From contig OZ223209.1 in NCBI GenBank assembly GCA_965140415.1, positions 96,001-160,000 on the forward strand: 64,000 bases of DNA, read 5' to 3'. The DNA is from Myxococcota bacterium. GTDB taxonomy: Bacteria > Myxococcota_A > SURF-8. The notes beneath the pieces are model-generated. The model was not told where the DNA came from and made no database searches. It saw only the letters and a list, made by a program, of their open reading frames with translations. Positions within the stretch are counted from its first letter, which is position 1, and each line of letters opens with the position of its first letter. The translations under genes and the position numbers were made by a program. Of this stretch, positions 9,512-19,291 are shown piece after piece.

Positions 9512-11488
9512 ATGCCGCATTCAAGCACTACTACCGACTCCAGGCTGCTGTGGAGTCCGACACCGGAACAGGTTCAGCAATCGCGCATGGCGCGTTTCAT
9601 GCAGTTGGTCAACGACCGCTTCGGACTTTCGATGACGCAATACTCCGAATTGCACGCATGGTCGGTGGCACATCTGTCCGATTTCTGGGCCATGATGTGG
9701 GAATATGCCGAAATCCGCGCTTCCGTTCCATACCAGCAGGTTGTTGACGATCCGCCGGTCATGCCGGGCACAAAATGGTTTTCCGGCGCGCGCTTGAATT
9801 TTGCCGAAAATTTACTGCGCTATCGCGACGACCGCGAGGCGCTCGTCTTTCGCGGGGAGAACGGCAACCGCTACAGCCTGAGTTACGCTGAATTGTATGC
9901 GCTGGTGGCCAAACTGGCGCAGGCTTTCAAGAAATTCGGCGTTGAAAAAGGGGACCGCGTAGCCGGTTATGTGGCCAATACGCCGGAAACCGTCGCCGCC
10001 ATGCTGGCCACCACCAGCCTGGGTGCAATCTGGACTTCCTGCTCGCCCGATTTCGGCGAACACGGCGCGCTGGATCGTTTCGGCCAAACCCGACCCAAGC
10101 TGCTCTTTGCCTATAACGGCTATCACTACAATGGCAAAACCTTGTCCCGGCTGCCGCAAATCGCCTATCTTTCCAAAGAGTTAGATTCGGTAGAGCATAC
10201 GATTGTCGTACCGTTTGTCGAGGGAGCCGGCGACCTTTCCGATATTCCCAACGCGGTGAACTTACCCGACTTACTCGCCGAGCAGGACGCCACCGAAATC
10301 GACTTCGTACAAACCGAGGCAGACCACCCGGTGTACATTCTTTACAGTTCCGGCACCACCGGCGTTCCCAAGTGCATTACGCATGGCGCCATCGGAACCT
10401 TGTTGCAACATTACAAAGAACTGGCGCTGCACACGGACCTGGACCGCGAAGATAGCATTTTCTACTTCACCACCTGCGGTTGGATGATGTGGAACTGGCT
10501 GGTGAGCAGTTTGATGATCGGCTCGCGCGTCGTGCAATTCGATGGCTCGCCCTTTTATCCTGGCCCGGAAGTGTTGTGGGAACTGGCCGAGCAGGAAAAT
10601 GTCAGCGTTTTCGGCACCAGCGCCAAGTATCTTTCCGCATTGGAAGACAGCGGCCTGAAACCCGGCGAACGCTTCGATTTATCCAAGGTCAACGCCATTC
10701 TTTCCACCGGTTCGCCGCTCTCGTTAGAGAGCTTCCGCTATGTTTATCGCGACATCAAAAAAGATGTGCGCCTGTCTTCCATTGCGGGCGGCACGGATAT
10801 CATCAGTTGTTTCATGCTCGGCAATCCCATGCTGCCGGTCTACGAAGAAGAAATTCAATGTTTGGGACTGGGCATGAAAGTCGAAGCATTGAACGACGAC
10901 GGCGTACCGGTCATCGGCGAAAAGGGTGAACTGGTCTGTTCCGCTCCTGCACCCAGTATGCCGATATACTTCTGGAACGACGAAAACGGCAGCAAGTACC
11001 ACGAAGCCTATTTTTCCGTGTATCCCAACCGCTGGCGACATGGGGATTATCTACGTGTTTCCGAACACGGCGGCGTGGTGATGCTGGGGCGCTCGGATGC
11101 GACACTCAATCCTGGCGGGGTGCGTATCGGCACGGCGGAAATCTATAAACCGGTGGATCAGATCCCCGAAATCATTGACAGTTTAGTGGTCGGGCAGAAA
11201 TGGGACAACGACGAACGTGTGGTGCTGTTCGTGAAACTGGCAGAAGGAAGCGAACTGGATGACGCGCTGATCAAAAAGATCAAAACGACCATTCGGCAAA
11301 AAGCCAGCCCGCGCCACGTTCCGGCCAAAATCGTCGCCGTGCAGGACATTCCCTACACCCGCACCGGAAAAAAGGTGGAGATGGCGGTGCGCAAGGTGAT
11401 CCATCGGGACGAAGTCAAAAACCTGACCGCCCTAGCTAATCCGGATGTACTGAAATACTATAAGGATCTCGACGAGTTGAAGAGTTAA
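9512..11488 (+). CDS. Acetoacetate--CoA ligase
   Basis: WFSGARLNFAENLL, YSSGTTGVPKCI, TTCGWMMWNWL, GRSDATLNPGGVRIGTAEIY, GKKVE. ATG 9512 follows GAAGGGA. Confidence 0.92.
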   Translation: MPHSSTTTDSRLLWSPTPEQVQQSRMARFMQLVNDRFGLSMTQYSELHAWSVAHLSDFWAMMWEYAEIRASVPYQQVVDDPPVMPGTKWFSGARLNFAENLLRYRDDREALVFRGENGNRYSLSYAELYALVAKLAQAFKKFGVEKGDRVAGYVANTPETVAAMLATTSLGAIWTSCSPDFGEHGALDRFGQTRPKLLFAYNGYHYNGKTLSRLPQIAYLSKELDSVEHTIVVPFVEGAGDLSDIPNAVNLPDLLAEQDATEIDFVQTEADHPVYILYSSGTTGVPKCITHGAIGTLLQHYKELALHTDLDREDSIFYFTTCGWMMWNWLVSSLMIGSRVVQFDGSPFYPGPEVLWELAEQENVSVFGTSAKYLSALEDSGLKPGERFDLSKVNAILSTGSPLSLESFRYVYRDIKKDVRLSSIAGGTDIISCFMLGNPMLPVYEEEIQCLGLGMKVEALNDDGVPVIGEKGELVCSAPAPSMPIYFWNDENGSKYHEAYFSVYPNRWRHGDYLRVSEHGGVVMLGRSDATLNPGGVRIGTAEIYKPVDQIPEIIDSLVVGQKWDNDERVVLFVKLAEGSELDDALIKKIKTTIRQKASPRHVPAKIVAVQDIPYTRTGKKVEMAVRKVIHRDEVKNLTALANPDVLKYYKDLDELKS

Positions 11489-11643
11489 GCCGGAACATAC
11501 AAGACAGAATCCAGTGGAACAAGCAACGTGATAAGCGGTTGAAATATATCGGTTATTCATTGAATATGGCAGGCAGTGCCAGCTTGTTTGTATCATCGTC
11601 AACAAAGTTCATTTTTATGTTGGCATCGTGTTAGGGATATGAG

Positions 11644-11875
11644 AGACTGCCTGTGTGTCCACAAAGGACACAGTCTGTGGTGCGGTGAACGGAGCCTTTT
11701 CACCAGGGAGGATATCTGTCGTACCGGTGAAAAGCAGCCTAGGTCATTGTCACCCAACCGCAAGCCGGTTACAATCTACGATCGGGGGGATGGGGCGCAC
11801 AACGCGCTCGACATTGACAAGTGGACCGAGGGGTCTTTTTAGGTGGTGTTACTGCCTGAAAAACGGAACCCTCGG
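11644..11875 (+). ncRNA. Candidate structured 5' leader RNA (unassigned family)
   Basis: Four or more helices in a long intergenic gap directly before the RBS of the AMP-ligase gene (see findings). Confidence 0.3.
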
Positions 11876-11896
11876 CGGCAACTCCGGAGTAGCAGG

Positions 11897-13282
11897 ATGC
11901 CATATACACAGATTGCCACCGAACAGGAATTGTTACGGCTCGTTGAAGAAACGCTGACGATCCAACCGGAAGATCTTAAACTCCCTTATTTAAAAAAAGG
12001 TGATCTGCTTAGGCGTGTGATCGGCCTGGCCAATCGCCTGCGCAACGACCTGACGACTTATAATATCAGCGGCAAACCGATTTGTTTGTGCACCGACAAC
12101 AAGGTCACGATCCTGGCCGCGATTCTGGCAGCTTTGGCAGGCGGTCCGAAGGTTGCCATTCCGCATTCGCTTTCCGATTCCGTCATCCAACAAACGATTC
12201 GCAACACACATTGTACGCTGGCGCTTTCCGACGAGCCGCTTCTGCTGCCGGAGGGCGTGTACAACATGGTGGTGGAAGAAAACGGCTTGAGCGATTTCAG
12301 GTATCAGCCGGTGCGAACTCTGACCGAGCCGATCGTCAGCCTGTTCACCGGCGGTTCCACCGGACGACCCAAGTTATGGGACAAGTCCGCGTTGAACCTG
12401 TTCGGAGAAGCGATCTTTTTGCGTCAGCGTTTCGAACTGGGACCGGATGATGTGTTTCTAGCCACCGTGCCGCCGCATCACATTTACGGACTGCTTTTTT
12501 CCGTGTTGCTTCCGTTTGTTTGCCGGGCGCGCTGCGTCGGTGAAGTGCCATACTTCCCGCGCGAGATTCTGCGCGGCATCGGGGAAAAAGAAGCCACCGT
12601 TTTCATTGGCTCTCCCATGCACTACAAGGCGCTAAGCGAAGAAAGCATTCCGGAAAACAAACTGCGCGTGGCCTTTAGTTCCGGTGGTTTTCTGGAAGAA
12701 AGTCACGGCAAATACTTCTACGAGCAGGCGCATGTCAATGTTGTTGAGGTTTATGGCTCCACCGAAACGGGCGGCATCGCCACCCGCTGTCGAGCCAATG
12801 GCGAAAGCCGTTGGACGGTTTTTAGCGGTATCGACTGGCGCATCAAAAACGAACGGTTGCAGGTGAATTCCATGTTTCTATCGCCTTCGTTGCCGCGCAA
12901 CAAAGACGGCTTCTTCGTAACCGGCGACCGTGTGGCCAATCTGGAAAACGACGCCAGCAGCTTCATTTTGCTTGGGCGCGCGGACGGCATCGTGAAAATC
13001 GGCGGCAAGCGCATCGACCTGATGGAAGTCGAAACACGCATCAAGAGCCTGTCCATGATCGACGACGCCTACATTTTCGCCGTTCCCAGCCGAAGCGGAC
13101 GAGAGCACGAACTGGCAGCGCTGATCGTGTCGCAAGTAGAAGAAACCCAGTTGCGCCGTCTCTTCAGCGACATACTCGACCCGCTGTTGATACCCCGGCG
13201 CATCAAATGCGTCGAAGCCATCCCCGGCGGTGTGGGCGGCAAACGAGATCATCAGGCATCATTAAATCTGATCACACATTAA
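11897..13282 (+). CDS. AMP-binding (acyl/aryl-CoA or ACP ligase) family protein
   Basis: FTGGSTGRPK, TVPPHHIYGLLF, EVYGSTETGGIA, TGD, GRADGIVKIGGKR. ATG 11897 follows GGAG. Confidence 0.85.
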   Translation: MPYTQIATEQELLRLVEETLTIQPEDLKLPYLKKGDLLRRVIGLANRLRNDLTTYNISGKPICLCTDNKVTILAAILAALAGGPKVAIPHSLSDSVIQQTIRNTHCTLALSDEPLLLPEGVYNMVVEENGLSDFRYQPVRTLTEPIVSLFTGGSTGRPKLWDKSALNLFGEAIFLRQRFELGPDDVFLATVPPHHIYGLLFSVLLPFVCRARCVGEVPYFPREILRGIGEKEATVFIGSPMHYKALSEESIPENKLRVAFSSGGFLEESHGKYFYEQAHVNVVEVYGSTETGGIATRCRANGESRWTVFSGIDWRIKNERLQVNSMFLSPSLPRNKDGFFVTGDRVANLENDASSFILLGRADGIVKIGGKRIDLMEVETRIKSLSMIDDAYIFAVPSRSGREHELAALIVSQVEETQLRRLFSDILDPLLIPRRIKCVEAIPGGVGGKRDHQASLNLITH

Positions 13283-13312
13283 TCTGATTATACATTCCGG
13301 AGAATAATTCCC

Positions 13313-14239
13313 ATGTGCGCAGAGTTGACGGGACGTACCGCATTCGTTTTTCCAGGACAAGGCTCTCAATACGTCGGCATGACCACCAAACTGGGACCGG
13401 CCACGCTGGCACAGCAAAGTCTGTTCGGTCATGCGGATCAGGCGCTTGGATTTCCCCTGCTGCAATTGATCGAGGAAGGACCGGAGGACGAACTTATCAA
13501 AACCAGTAACGCCCAACCGGCACTGTTAGTGGTTGGACTGGCTGCGGCACTGGCGTTACAGGAACGCGGCTATCAACCGGAAATCGTGATGGGTCACAGC
13601 CTGGGTGAATACACGGCTTTGGTTTTCGCCGGGGTAATCGCTTTTTCCGATGCGCTTAAACTCGTGCGCAAGCGTGGTATGCTGATGGAGCAGGCAGCCA
13701 AGAAAACTCCAGGAAAAATGGCGGCGGTTATCGGCGCAGATCCGGATGCACTTTCGCAATTGGTGCAGGATTGCCAGGACGCAGGCGTATTGGAAATTAC
13801 CAATTTCAATTCGCCCAAGCAGGTGGTGCTTTCCGGCGAGGAAGCCGCCATCGAACTGATTTTAGACCGGATCAAAGAAACCCGAGCGGGTCGCGCGATG
13901 GAACTGAACGTCTCCGCACCGTTTCACTGCTCGCTGATGCGCCCGATGGCCGAAGAATTCAAACAGGCGTTGCAGTCGGTCGAGTTTTCCGCCCCGCAAC
14001 AGCTTTTCATCGATAATGTCACCGGACAGGCGGAATCCGACCCTGAGCGAATTCGCCAGAAACTGGTGGATCAACTGGATCATCCGGTGCAATGGGTACG
14101 TTCGGTGGCCAGCGCCGTCGAAGCGGGGGCGACTCGTTTCGTTGAATGCGGACCAAAAACCGTGCTGACCGGTTTGATCAAACGCTGTGCGCCGAAGACA
14201 GAGCTCGTTAGCAGCGAGCGTATTCTCTCCCAGGAGTAA
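13313..14239 (+). CDS. fabD: Malonyl-CoA:ACP transacylase
   Basis: FPGQGSQ, AQPAL, GHSLGEY, LNVSAPFH, PVQW, ECGPKTVLTGL. Confidence 0.92.
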   Translation: MCAELTGRTAFVFPGQGSQYVGMTTKLGPATLAQQSLFGHADQALGFPLLQLIEEGPEDELIKTSNAQPALLVVGLAAALALQERGYQPEIVMGHSLGEYTALVFAGVIAFSDALKLVRKRGMLMEQAAKKTPGKMAAVIGADPDALSQLVQDCQDAGVLEITNFNSPKQVVLSGEEAAIELILDRIKETRAGRAMELNVSAPFHCSLMRPMAEEFKQALQSVEFSAPQQLFIDNVTGQAESDPERIRQKLVDQLDHPVQWVRSVASAVEAGATRFVECGPKTVLTGLIKRCAPKTELVSSERILSQE

Positions 14240-14468
14240 AATAGTGAGTTCACCCGGATTCGATTCCTTTCCCGCTTTTCATTGACAGTGTAAGCCCTCA
14301 TTCGTTATCTTCACAGAGCACCTGTTTTGTTCAAGCAGTCGTAGACTGCCACTATGGCGTGTCGGGTACAACTCGATTGTGAAGTCGTATCAACGCTGTG
14401 CTGTAATGAAAGGTGCATCCGCGCACCCAGGGGAAATCACGCGCTCGTGGAAAAGGAGACAGCAGCAG

Positions 14469-15803
14469 ATGAATCCGTATCGCATTGCCATTATCGGAAC
14501 CGGCTACGTGGGGTTGGTCGTCGGGGCCTGTTTTGCTGAATATGGTCGCTTTGTGACCTGTATCGACCGGGATAAAAGCAAAATCGACAAGCTGAAGGCG
14601 GGCAAACCGCTGTTTTACGAACCGGGACTGGATACGCTGATCGAACGCAACATTCGTTATGGCCGCATCGCTTTTACGACCGATACGGAAAAGGCGGTCA
14701 AGGAAAACGACATCATCATGCTGGCGGTAGGCACCCCTTTGGGAGAAAACGGCAAAGCGGATCTGTCGCAGGTTTGGAGCGCCGCCGAAGCCATCGGTCA
14801 AAGCCTGGACCACGAAGCGCTGGTGGTCGTTAAATCCACCGTGCCGGTGGGCACCACCAAGAAAACAGGCGAGATCATTTCCCGCTATACCGATGCCTCG
14901 GTCAAAATGGCTTTCAACCCGGAATTCCTTCGCGAAGGCAACGCGGTCATGGATTTTCTGCACCCGAACCGCACCGTCGTGGGCAGTGAGGAAAAAGAAG
15001 TCGGCGACATTCTGGCAGAACTGTATCAACCTTTCATTTCTCCACAAAGCCCCTTCGTCTGTTCGGATATCGTATCGGCGGAATTGATCAAGTACACCGC
15101 TAACGCCATGCTGGCCACCAAAATCAGTTTCATCAACGACATGGCCAACCTCTGTGAACGCGTGGGCGGCGACATCGAAGCGATCAAGCGCGGCGTCGGG
15201 CTGGACGACCGCATCGGCGACCGCTTTCTGAATCCGGGACTCGGTTTCGGCGGCTCCTGTTTCCCCAAGGATCTGCACTCGATCGTCCATACGGCGGGAA
15301 TTCTTGGCGAACAGATGCCGATTTTGCGCGCGGTGATGGAAGTCAATCAGCGCATGCGCCAGGTGTACCTGAATAAGATTTTAGACCGCTTCGGTCAGGA
15401 CTTAAACGGCAGATGTTTCGCCGTCTGGGGGCTTTCCTTCAAACCGGACACAGACGATATCCGAGAGGCCCCGGCGTTGACGATCATCCGCGAATTGTGC
15501 TCGCGGGGCGCCGTCTGCCAGGCTTACGATCCGGAAGCGATGGAGAATACCCGCTTGGAACTTTCGGAGTTGGCAGAGCAGGTAACCTACTGTGAAAGCG
15601 CCTATCAGGCGGCGGCGAACGCCGATGCGCTACTGGTTTTAACGGAATGGAGCGAGTTTCGCAGCCCCGACTGGAAACGCATCCGTGAAACCTTGAAAAC
15701 GCCCCTGGTTTTCGACGGTCGCAACATTTACAACATCGACGACATGATCCGTCGTGGGTTCTCCTACCATTCGATGGGACGTCCACCGGGCGAGACCGTT
15801 TAA
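14469..15803 (+). CDS. ugd: UDP-glucose/GDP-mannose 6-dehydrogenase
   Basis: GTGYVGL, KSTVPVGT, NPEFLREG, GFGGSCFPKD, FKPDTDDIRE. Confidence 0.92.
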   Translation: MNPYRIAIIGTGYVGLVVGACFAEYGRFVTCIDRDKSKIDKLKAGKPLFYEPGLDTLIERNIRYGRIAFTTDTEKAVKENDIIMLAVGTPLGENGKADLSQVWSAAEAIGQSLDHEALVVVKSTVPVGTTKKTGEIISRYTDASVKMAFNPEFLREGNAVMDFLHPNRTVVGSEEKEVGDILAELYQPFISPQSPFVCSDIVSAELIKYTANAMLATKISFINDMANLCERVGGDIEAIKRGVGLDDRIGDRFLNPGLGFGGSCFPKDLHSIVHTAGILGEQMPILRAVMEVNQRMRQVYLNKILDRFGQDLNGRCFAVWGLSFKPDTDDIREAPALTIIRELCSRGAVCQAYDPEAMENTRLELSELAEQVTYCESAYQAAANADALLVLTEWSEFRSPDWKRIRETLKTPLVFDGRNIYNIDDMIRRGFSYHSMGRPPGETV

Positions 15804-15844
15804 GTAACAAAGGGAGCAACTTCCCTTCAAGATAAGGACAGACT

Positions 15845-16786
15845 ATGGCGATATTGGTTACGGGCGGAGCCGGATTTATCGGATCGCAGGTTTGCGACGC
15901 ATTGATCCAACGCGGCGAGGACGTCGTCATCATCGACGATTTCAACGACTACTACGATCCTGCCATCAAGCAACGCAATATCGACCATGCGCTGAGCAAA
16001 GGTGCGGAACTGCTGCACGGCGACATTTGCGACGTCAACACACTCGACCAGTTGCCCTGGCCCAACATCGACCGCGTCATTCACCTGGCGGCGCGAGCCG
16101 GAGTGCGACCTTCCATCGCCCAGCCGCGCCTGTACTGGCAGACCAACGTGGACGGCACCATGAACCTGTTGGAATTCGCCCGCGATCACGGCGTCAGCGC
16201 CTTCGTCATGGCCAGCTCCAGTTCGGTTTACGGCGACGGCACCCAGGTGCCTTACCGCGAAGACGATCCGGCCCCGCAACCGATCAGTCCGTATGCCGCC
16301 AGTAAACGCGCCACCGAGCTGTTGGCCTACACTTATCATCATCTCTACAAGATGAATATTTCCTGCTTGCGTTACTTCACCGTGTACGGTCCACGACAGA
16401 GACCGGAGATGGCGATTCACAAGTTCACACGCTTGATCGATCAAGGCGAGGCGGTGCCGATGTTCGGGGACGGCTCGATGCGGCGCGACTATACCTATAT
16501 CGACGATATCGTTTCCGGAACGCTGGCGACATTGGACCGTTGCCAGGGATACGAAATCTTCAACCTGGGAGGCAATCGCACCACCAGCTTGTTGAAATTG
16601 ATCGAGATGATCGGGGCTGCTTTAGGCAAAGAGCCGATTATCCAGCGCCATAATCCGCAGCCGGGCGACGTCAAACAAACCTATGCAGATATCGAGAAGT
16701 CCAAACGGCTGTTGGGCTACGAACCCCATACTCCCATCGAGCAGGGAATCACCCGCTTCGTTGAGTGGTACCGGCAACAGGCGTAA
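15845..16786 (+). CDS. NAD-dependent nucleotide-sugar epimerase (UDP-glucuronate 4-epimerase-like)
   Basis: TGGAGFIG, HLAARAGVRPS, SSSSVYG, YAASK, YFTVYGPRQRP. Confidence 0.88.
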   Translation: MAILVTGGAGFIGSQVCDALIQRGEDVVIIDDFNDYYDPAIKQRNIDHALSKGAELLHGDICDVNTLDQLPWPNIDRVIHLAARAGVRPSIAQPRLYWQTNVDGTMNLLEFARDHGVSAFVMASSSSVYGDGTQVPYREDDPAPQPISPYAASKRATELLAYTYHHLYKMNISCLRYFTVYGPRQRPEMAIHKFTRLIDQGEAVPMFGDGSMRRDYTYIDDIVSGTLATLDRCQGYEIFNLGGNRTTSLLKLIEMIGAALGKEPIIQRHNPQPGDVKQTYADIEKSKRLLGYEPHTPIEQGITRFVEWYRQQA

Positions 16787-16804
16787 ACGGGAAACTCTGC
16801 CGAT

Positions 16805-18862
16805 TTACTGTCCCTTGTTTTTCTTGTAATCTTCAATCAGTTTGCGCACCTGTGCTGCATCGGGCGCATCGGGTTTGAGATCGATGTAGCGTTGGTAGGA
16901 CTGCATCGCCTTGTCCATCTGTTTCTGCAAGGCATAGCAGGTACCCAGGCCGCGATAGGCATAGGCGAAGGTCGGGTCCAGGCGCAGCGTGTCCTGGAAG
17001 TGACTGATGGCTTTGTCGTACTGCTTCTTTTTATAATAATCCGTACCCGATGAGTAATGCTGCCGGGCGGTAAAGCCATCTTTTTTATGGGCTTGCTGGC
17101 TTTCATTTTCTTTTTGTGCTTTGAGCTTTATGCCAGCCGCCCGCTTGAGCCGCTTGGCGTCTTTTTCCTCTTCGTTCAATCCAAGTGCTTTGTCTGCATA
17201 ATCCTCGGCTTGCGCGAAATCTTCCTTTCGATAGGCGCGCCATCCCTTGGCGGTGTACTCCTTGACCAGTTTGTTTGTAGCAATTTCATATTTCGCGCGC
17301 GCATCGGAATAATAAACACTGTCGGTGTCAATCCCACCTAACAGCGGCAACCCCTGGAAGTAATTGTTCTTGGCAAGCGCTTTGATACCGTTTTGATAAT
17401 CGGCTTTGTTCTGTTTTTCCCGCCTAGCCTTTTCCCGTAATTCGCGGGCTTGTTCCACATTGGGAATGTCCTGGAGCAAGGTGTTCAGCGTTTTTTCCGC
17501 ATCCTGCCATTGTTTTTGATTCAACTGCTCACGAGCTTCCTTTAACGCTTCTTCGATCAACTGGCTGCGCAAACGCTCTTCTTCCGCTTTGGCGCGTAGC
17601 ACGTTTTCGCTAAGTTGTTCTTTCTTTTCGCGCATCGACTGTTCGATAGCCTGTTGCGCTCGCTTCTGGCGTAATTGCTCGCCTTTCTGAACCACTTCCT
17701 TTTCTTTGATCGGGATGCCCTGTTCGGGAATCACGAGTGGCGGCTCTTCCGGTTCGATCGGAATGTTTGCGTCTTGATTGTTGCCGAATACAAAATAGCC
17801 ACCAACCGAGGCAACCAGCAATAACACAACGATTACTACCAGAGCGGCTTTGCTCTTGGGTTGGGCTTGTTCCGTTTCCGGCCAGTCGTCAAGCTGATCC
17901 GCTTCTCTTCGCTTGCCTTCGAGTTCTTTCTGCAACTCGATAGACGGGTCGACGGCAGGCTCTTCCGGCTCCGGCTCGATCACAATCTCTACGTTATTCA
18001 ATGATTCCGATATGCTGACAGGAGCCTCCGACTCCGTTGTTTTTTCCTCGGTTTTTTCCGTTTTTGCCTGTGGTGCCTTGACAGCTACATCCTCTTGGGC
18101 TTCTACGGCGGGAATGATCAGGGTTTTGGCATTATCGGGTTCCGACTCTACAACCGGCTTTGGTTCGGGTTTGGGTTGTGGTGGTTCGGGTTGTTGTGGT
18201 TTAGACTGTTGCGGTTCAGGTTTGGAAACCGGTGCTTCAGGCAATGGCTGAGGCGGTCCAACCGAAATGATTCGCGTTTTGGTAACCGGAGGCATTGCCT
18301 CGCGCACAGGAGGTTGCTCGATGTCCCTGTCTTTGTCGTTTAACAAAGGCTTGGAAGTCTCGACAGTTGGTGTTTCCACTGGCTTTGGAGCCTCGGGTTC
18401 GGTTTCCTCCGAGCTTGAATCGTAAAGAGCATCTTCCGGTTGTTCCGGTTCGATGCGCGTCTCTTCTTCCGACAGTGCGGCAAGATCGATATCCTGTAGG
18501 TATTCCTCGGGATATTGCTGTACCTGGCGCATAATTTCCGGATCGATTTCCACGCGGGGGCGACGCTGCTCGCCGGTTTCCTCGAAAACGATTTTGAAAT
18601 CGCCGATTTCGATCAGGTCACCGTGATACAATCCGGTTTTGCGAGCGATGTGATTGCCATTTAGGATGGTACCGTTGTAGCTGTCCATATCCTCGACGAA
18701 CACGCCCTCTTCGGTGCGGGATAATACCGCGTGGAAACGGGAGATATTTCGTTCGTTCAAGCGAATGGTATTGCCCAGCTTGCGACCGATACGGATTTCC
18801 TTTCGCAAAAAAGGAATCTCGGCAACGCGGCCAGTCTCATCTGTAATCTTCAGACGCAGCAT
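16805..18862 (-). CDS. FHA domain + transmembrane + TPR protein
   Basis: FHA motifs 'IGR...N...L.ERNISR.H...D..S.NGT', Pro/Glu-rich linker, one TM helix, C-terminal TPRs. The start is placed at MLRLK (18862). Confidence 0.85.
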   Translation of the reverse strand: MLRLKITDETGRVAEIPFLRKEIRIGRKLGNTIRLNERNISRFHAVLSRTEEGVFVEDMDSYNGTILNGNHIARKTGLYHGDLIEIGDFKIVFEETGEQRRPRVEIDPEIMRQVQQYPEEYLQDIDLAALSEEETRIEPEQPEDALYDSSSEETEPEAPKPVETPTVETSKPLLNDKDRDIEQPPVREAMPPVTKTRIISVGPPQPLPEAPVSKPEPQQSKPQQPEPPQPKPEPKPVVESEPDNAKTLIIPAVEAQEDVAVKAPQAKTEKTEEKTTESEAPVSISESLNNVEIVIEPEPEEPAVDPSIELQKELEGKRREADQLDDWPETEQAQPKSKAALVVIVVLLLVASVGGYFVFGNNQDANIPIEPEEPPLVIPEQGIPIKEKEVVQKGEQLRQKRAQQAIEQSMREKKEQLSENVLRAKAEEERLRSQLIEEALKEAREQLNQKQWQDAEKTLNTLLQDIPNVEQARELREKARREKQNKADYQNGIKALAKNNYFQGLPLLGGIDTDSVYYSDARAKYEIATNKLVKEYTAKGWRAYRKEDFAQAEDYADKALGLNEEEKDAKRLKRAAGIKLKAQKENESQQAHKKDGFTARQHYSSGTDYYKKKQYDKAISHFQDTLRLDPTFAYAYRGLGTCYALQKQMDKAMQSYQRYIDLKPDAPDAAQVRKLIEDYKKNKGQ

Positions 18863-18884
18863 GATATCCAGTTCATTGATCCGC

Positions 18885-19042
18885 CAGAGCGGGTTTCGTA
18901 AAAGCCCGAAATCGCATGGTTCTGGGGAACGCCCCGGCAAACAACAGTAGGTAGCCGAAACAGGCAGCAGACAGTCGATGCAGTCCAAGATGTTTCCGCA
19001 ATCAAGATCCACAAGCTCCACGAACGTCACTCTGCCTTCTCG
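18885..19042 (-). ncRNA. Candidate long rod-shaped RNA (6S-like or leader)
   Basis: Terminal stems CAGAGUG/CGCUCUG and UUCGUGGAGCUU/GGGCUUUUACGAA, inner stem GGAAACAUCUUGG/CCGGGGCGUUCCC. G-U pairs fit only the minus strand. TTGAGC-17-TAACAC lies just upstream. Confidence 0.35.
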
Positions 19043-19291
19043 CATACTGTGTTAGCACAATCAAGAGGGATGCTCAATCTTTTCCCGATGAAAAACAGTG
19101 CGTTCCATCAATTAATCAATTCGAAACCTTTTTTGACAGAGTCAAAATACAATGGGTTCCCGAGGTTTTTCAATTGGAACGAAAGAGAGAAAACACGCCC
19201 GGCAATTCCGATATTTGTGGTAATTCGCGACAAAATTTGGCAATACTATCAAGCTAACGTGTTTTTTTATGGAAAGAAGGAAAATTCAGGA

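Noticed and set aside
11677-11700. GTGCG as a group II intron 5' end, or a known riboswitch (lysine, glycine, c-di-GMP) or SRP RNA
   Set aside because: No domain V/VI or RT ORF, and the diagnostic motifs of those RNA families are missing.
2084-15290. Long antisense ORFs (e.g. 2084..3124, 5870..7132, 14352..15290)
   Set aside because: Antisense shadows of well-supported genes, expected from codon bias.
18863-19291. N-terminal extensions of the FHA-TPR and methyltransferase ORFs
   Set aside because: No domain resemblance. The domains begin at downstream ATGs, and the region looks like a promoter plus structured RNA.
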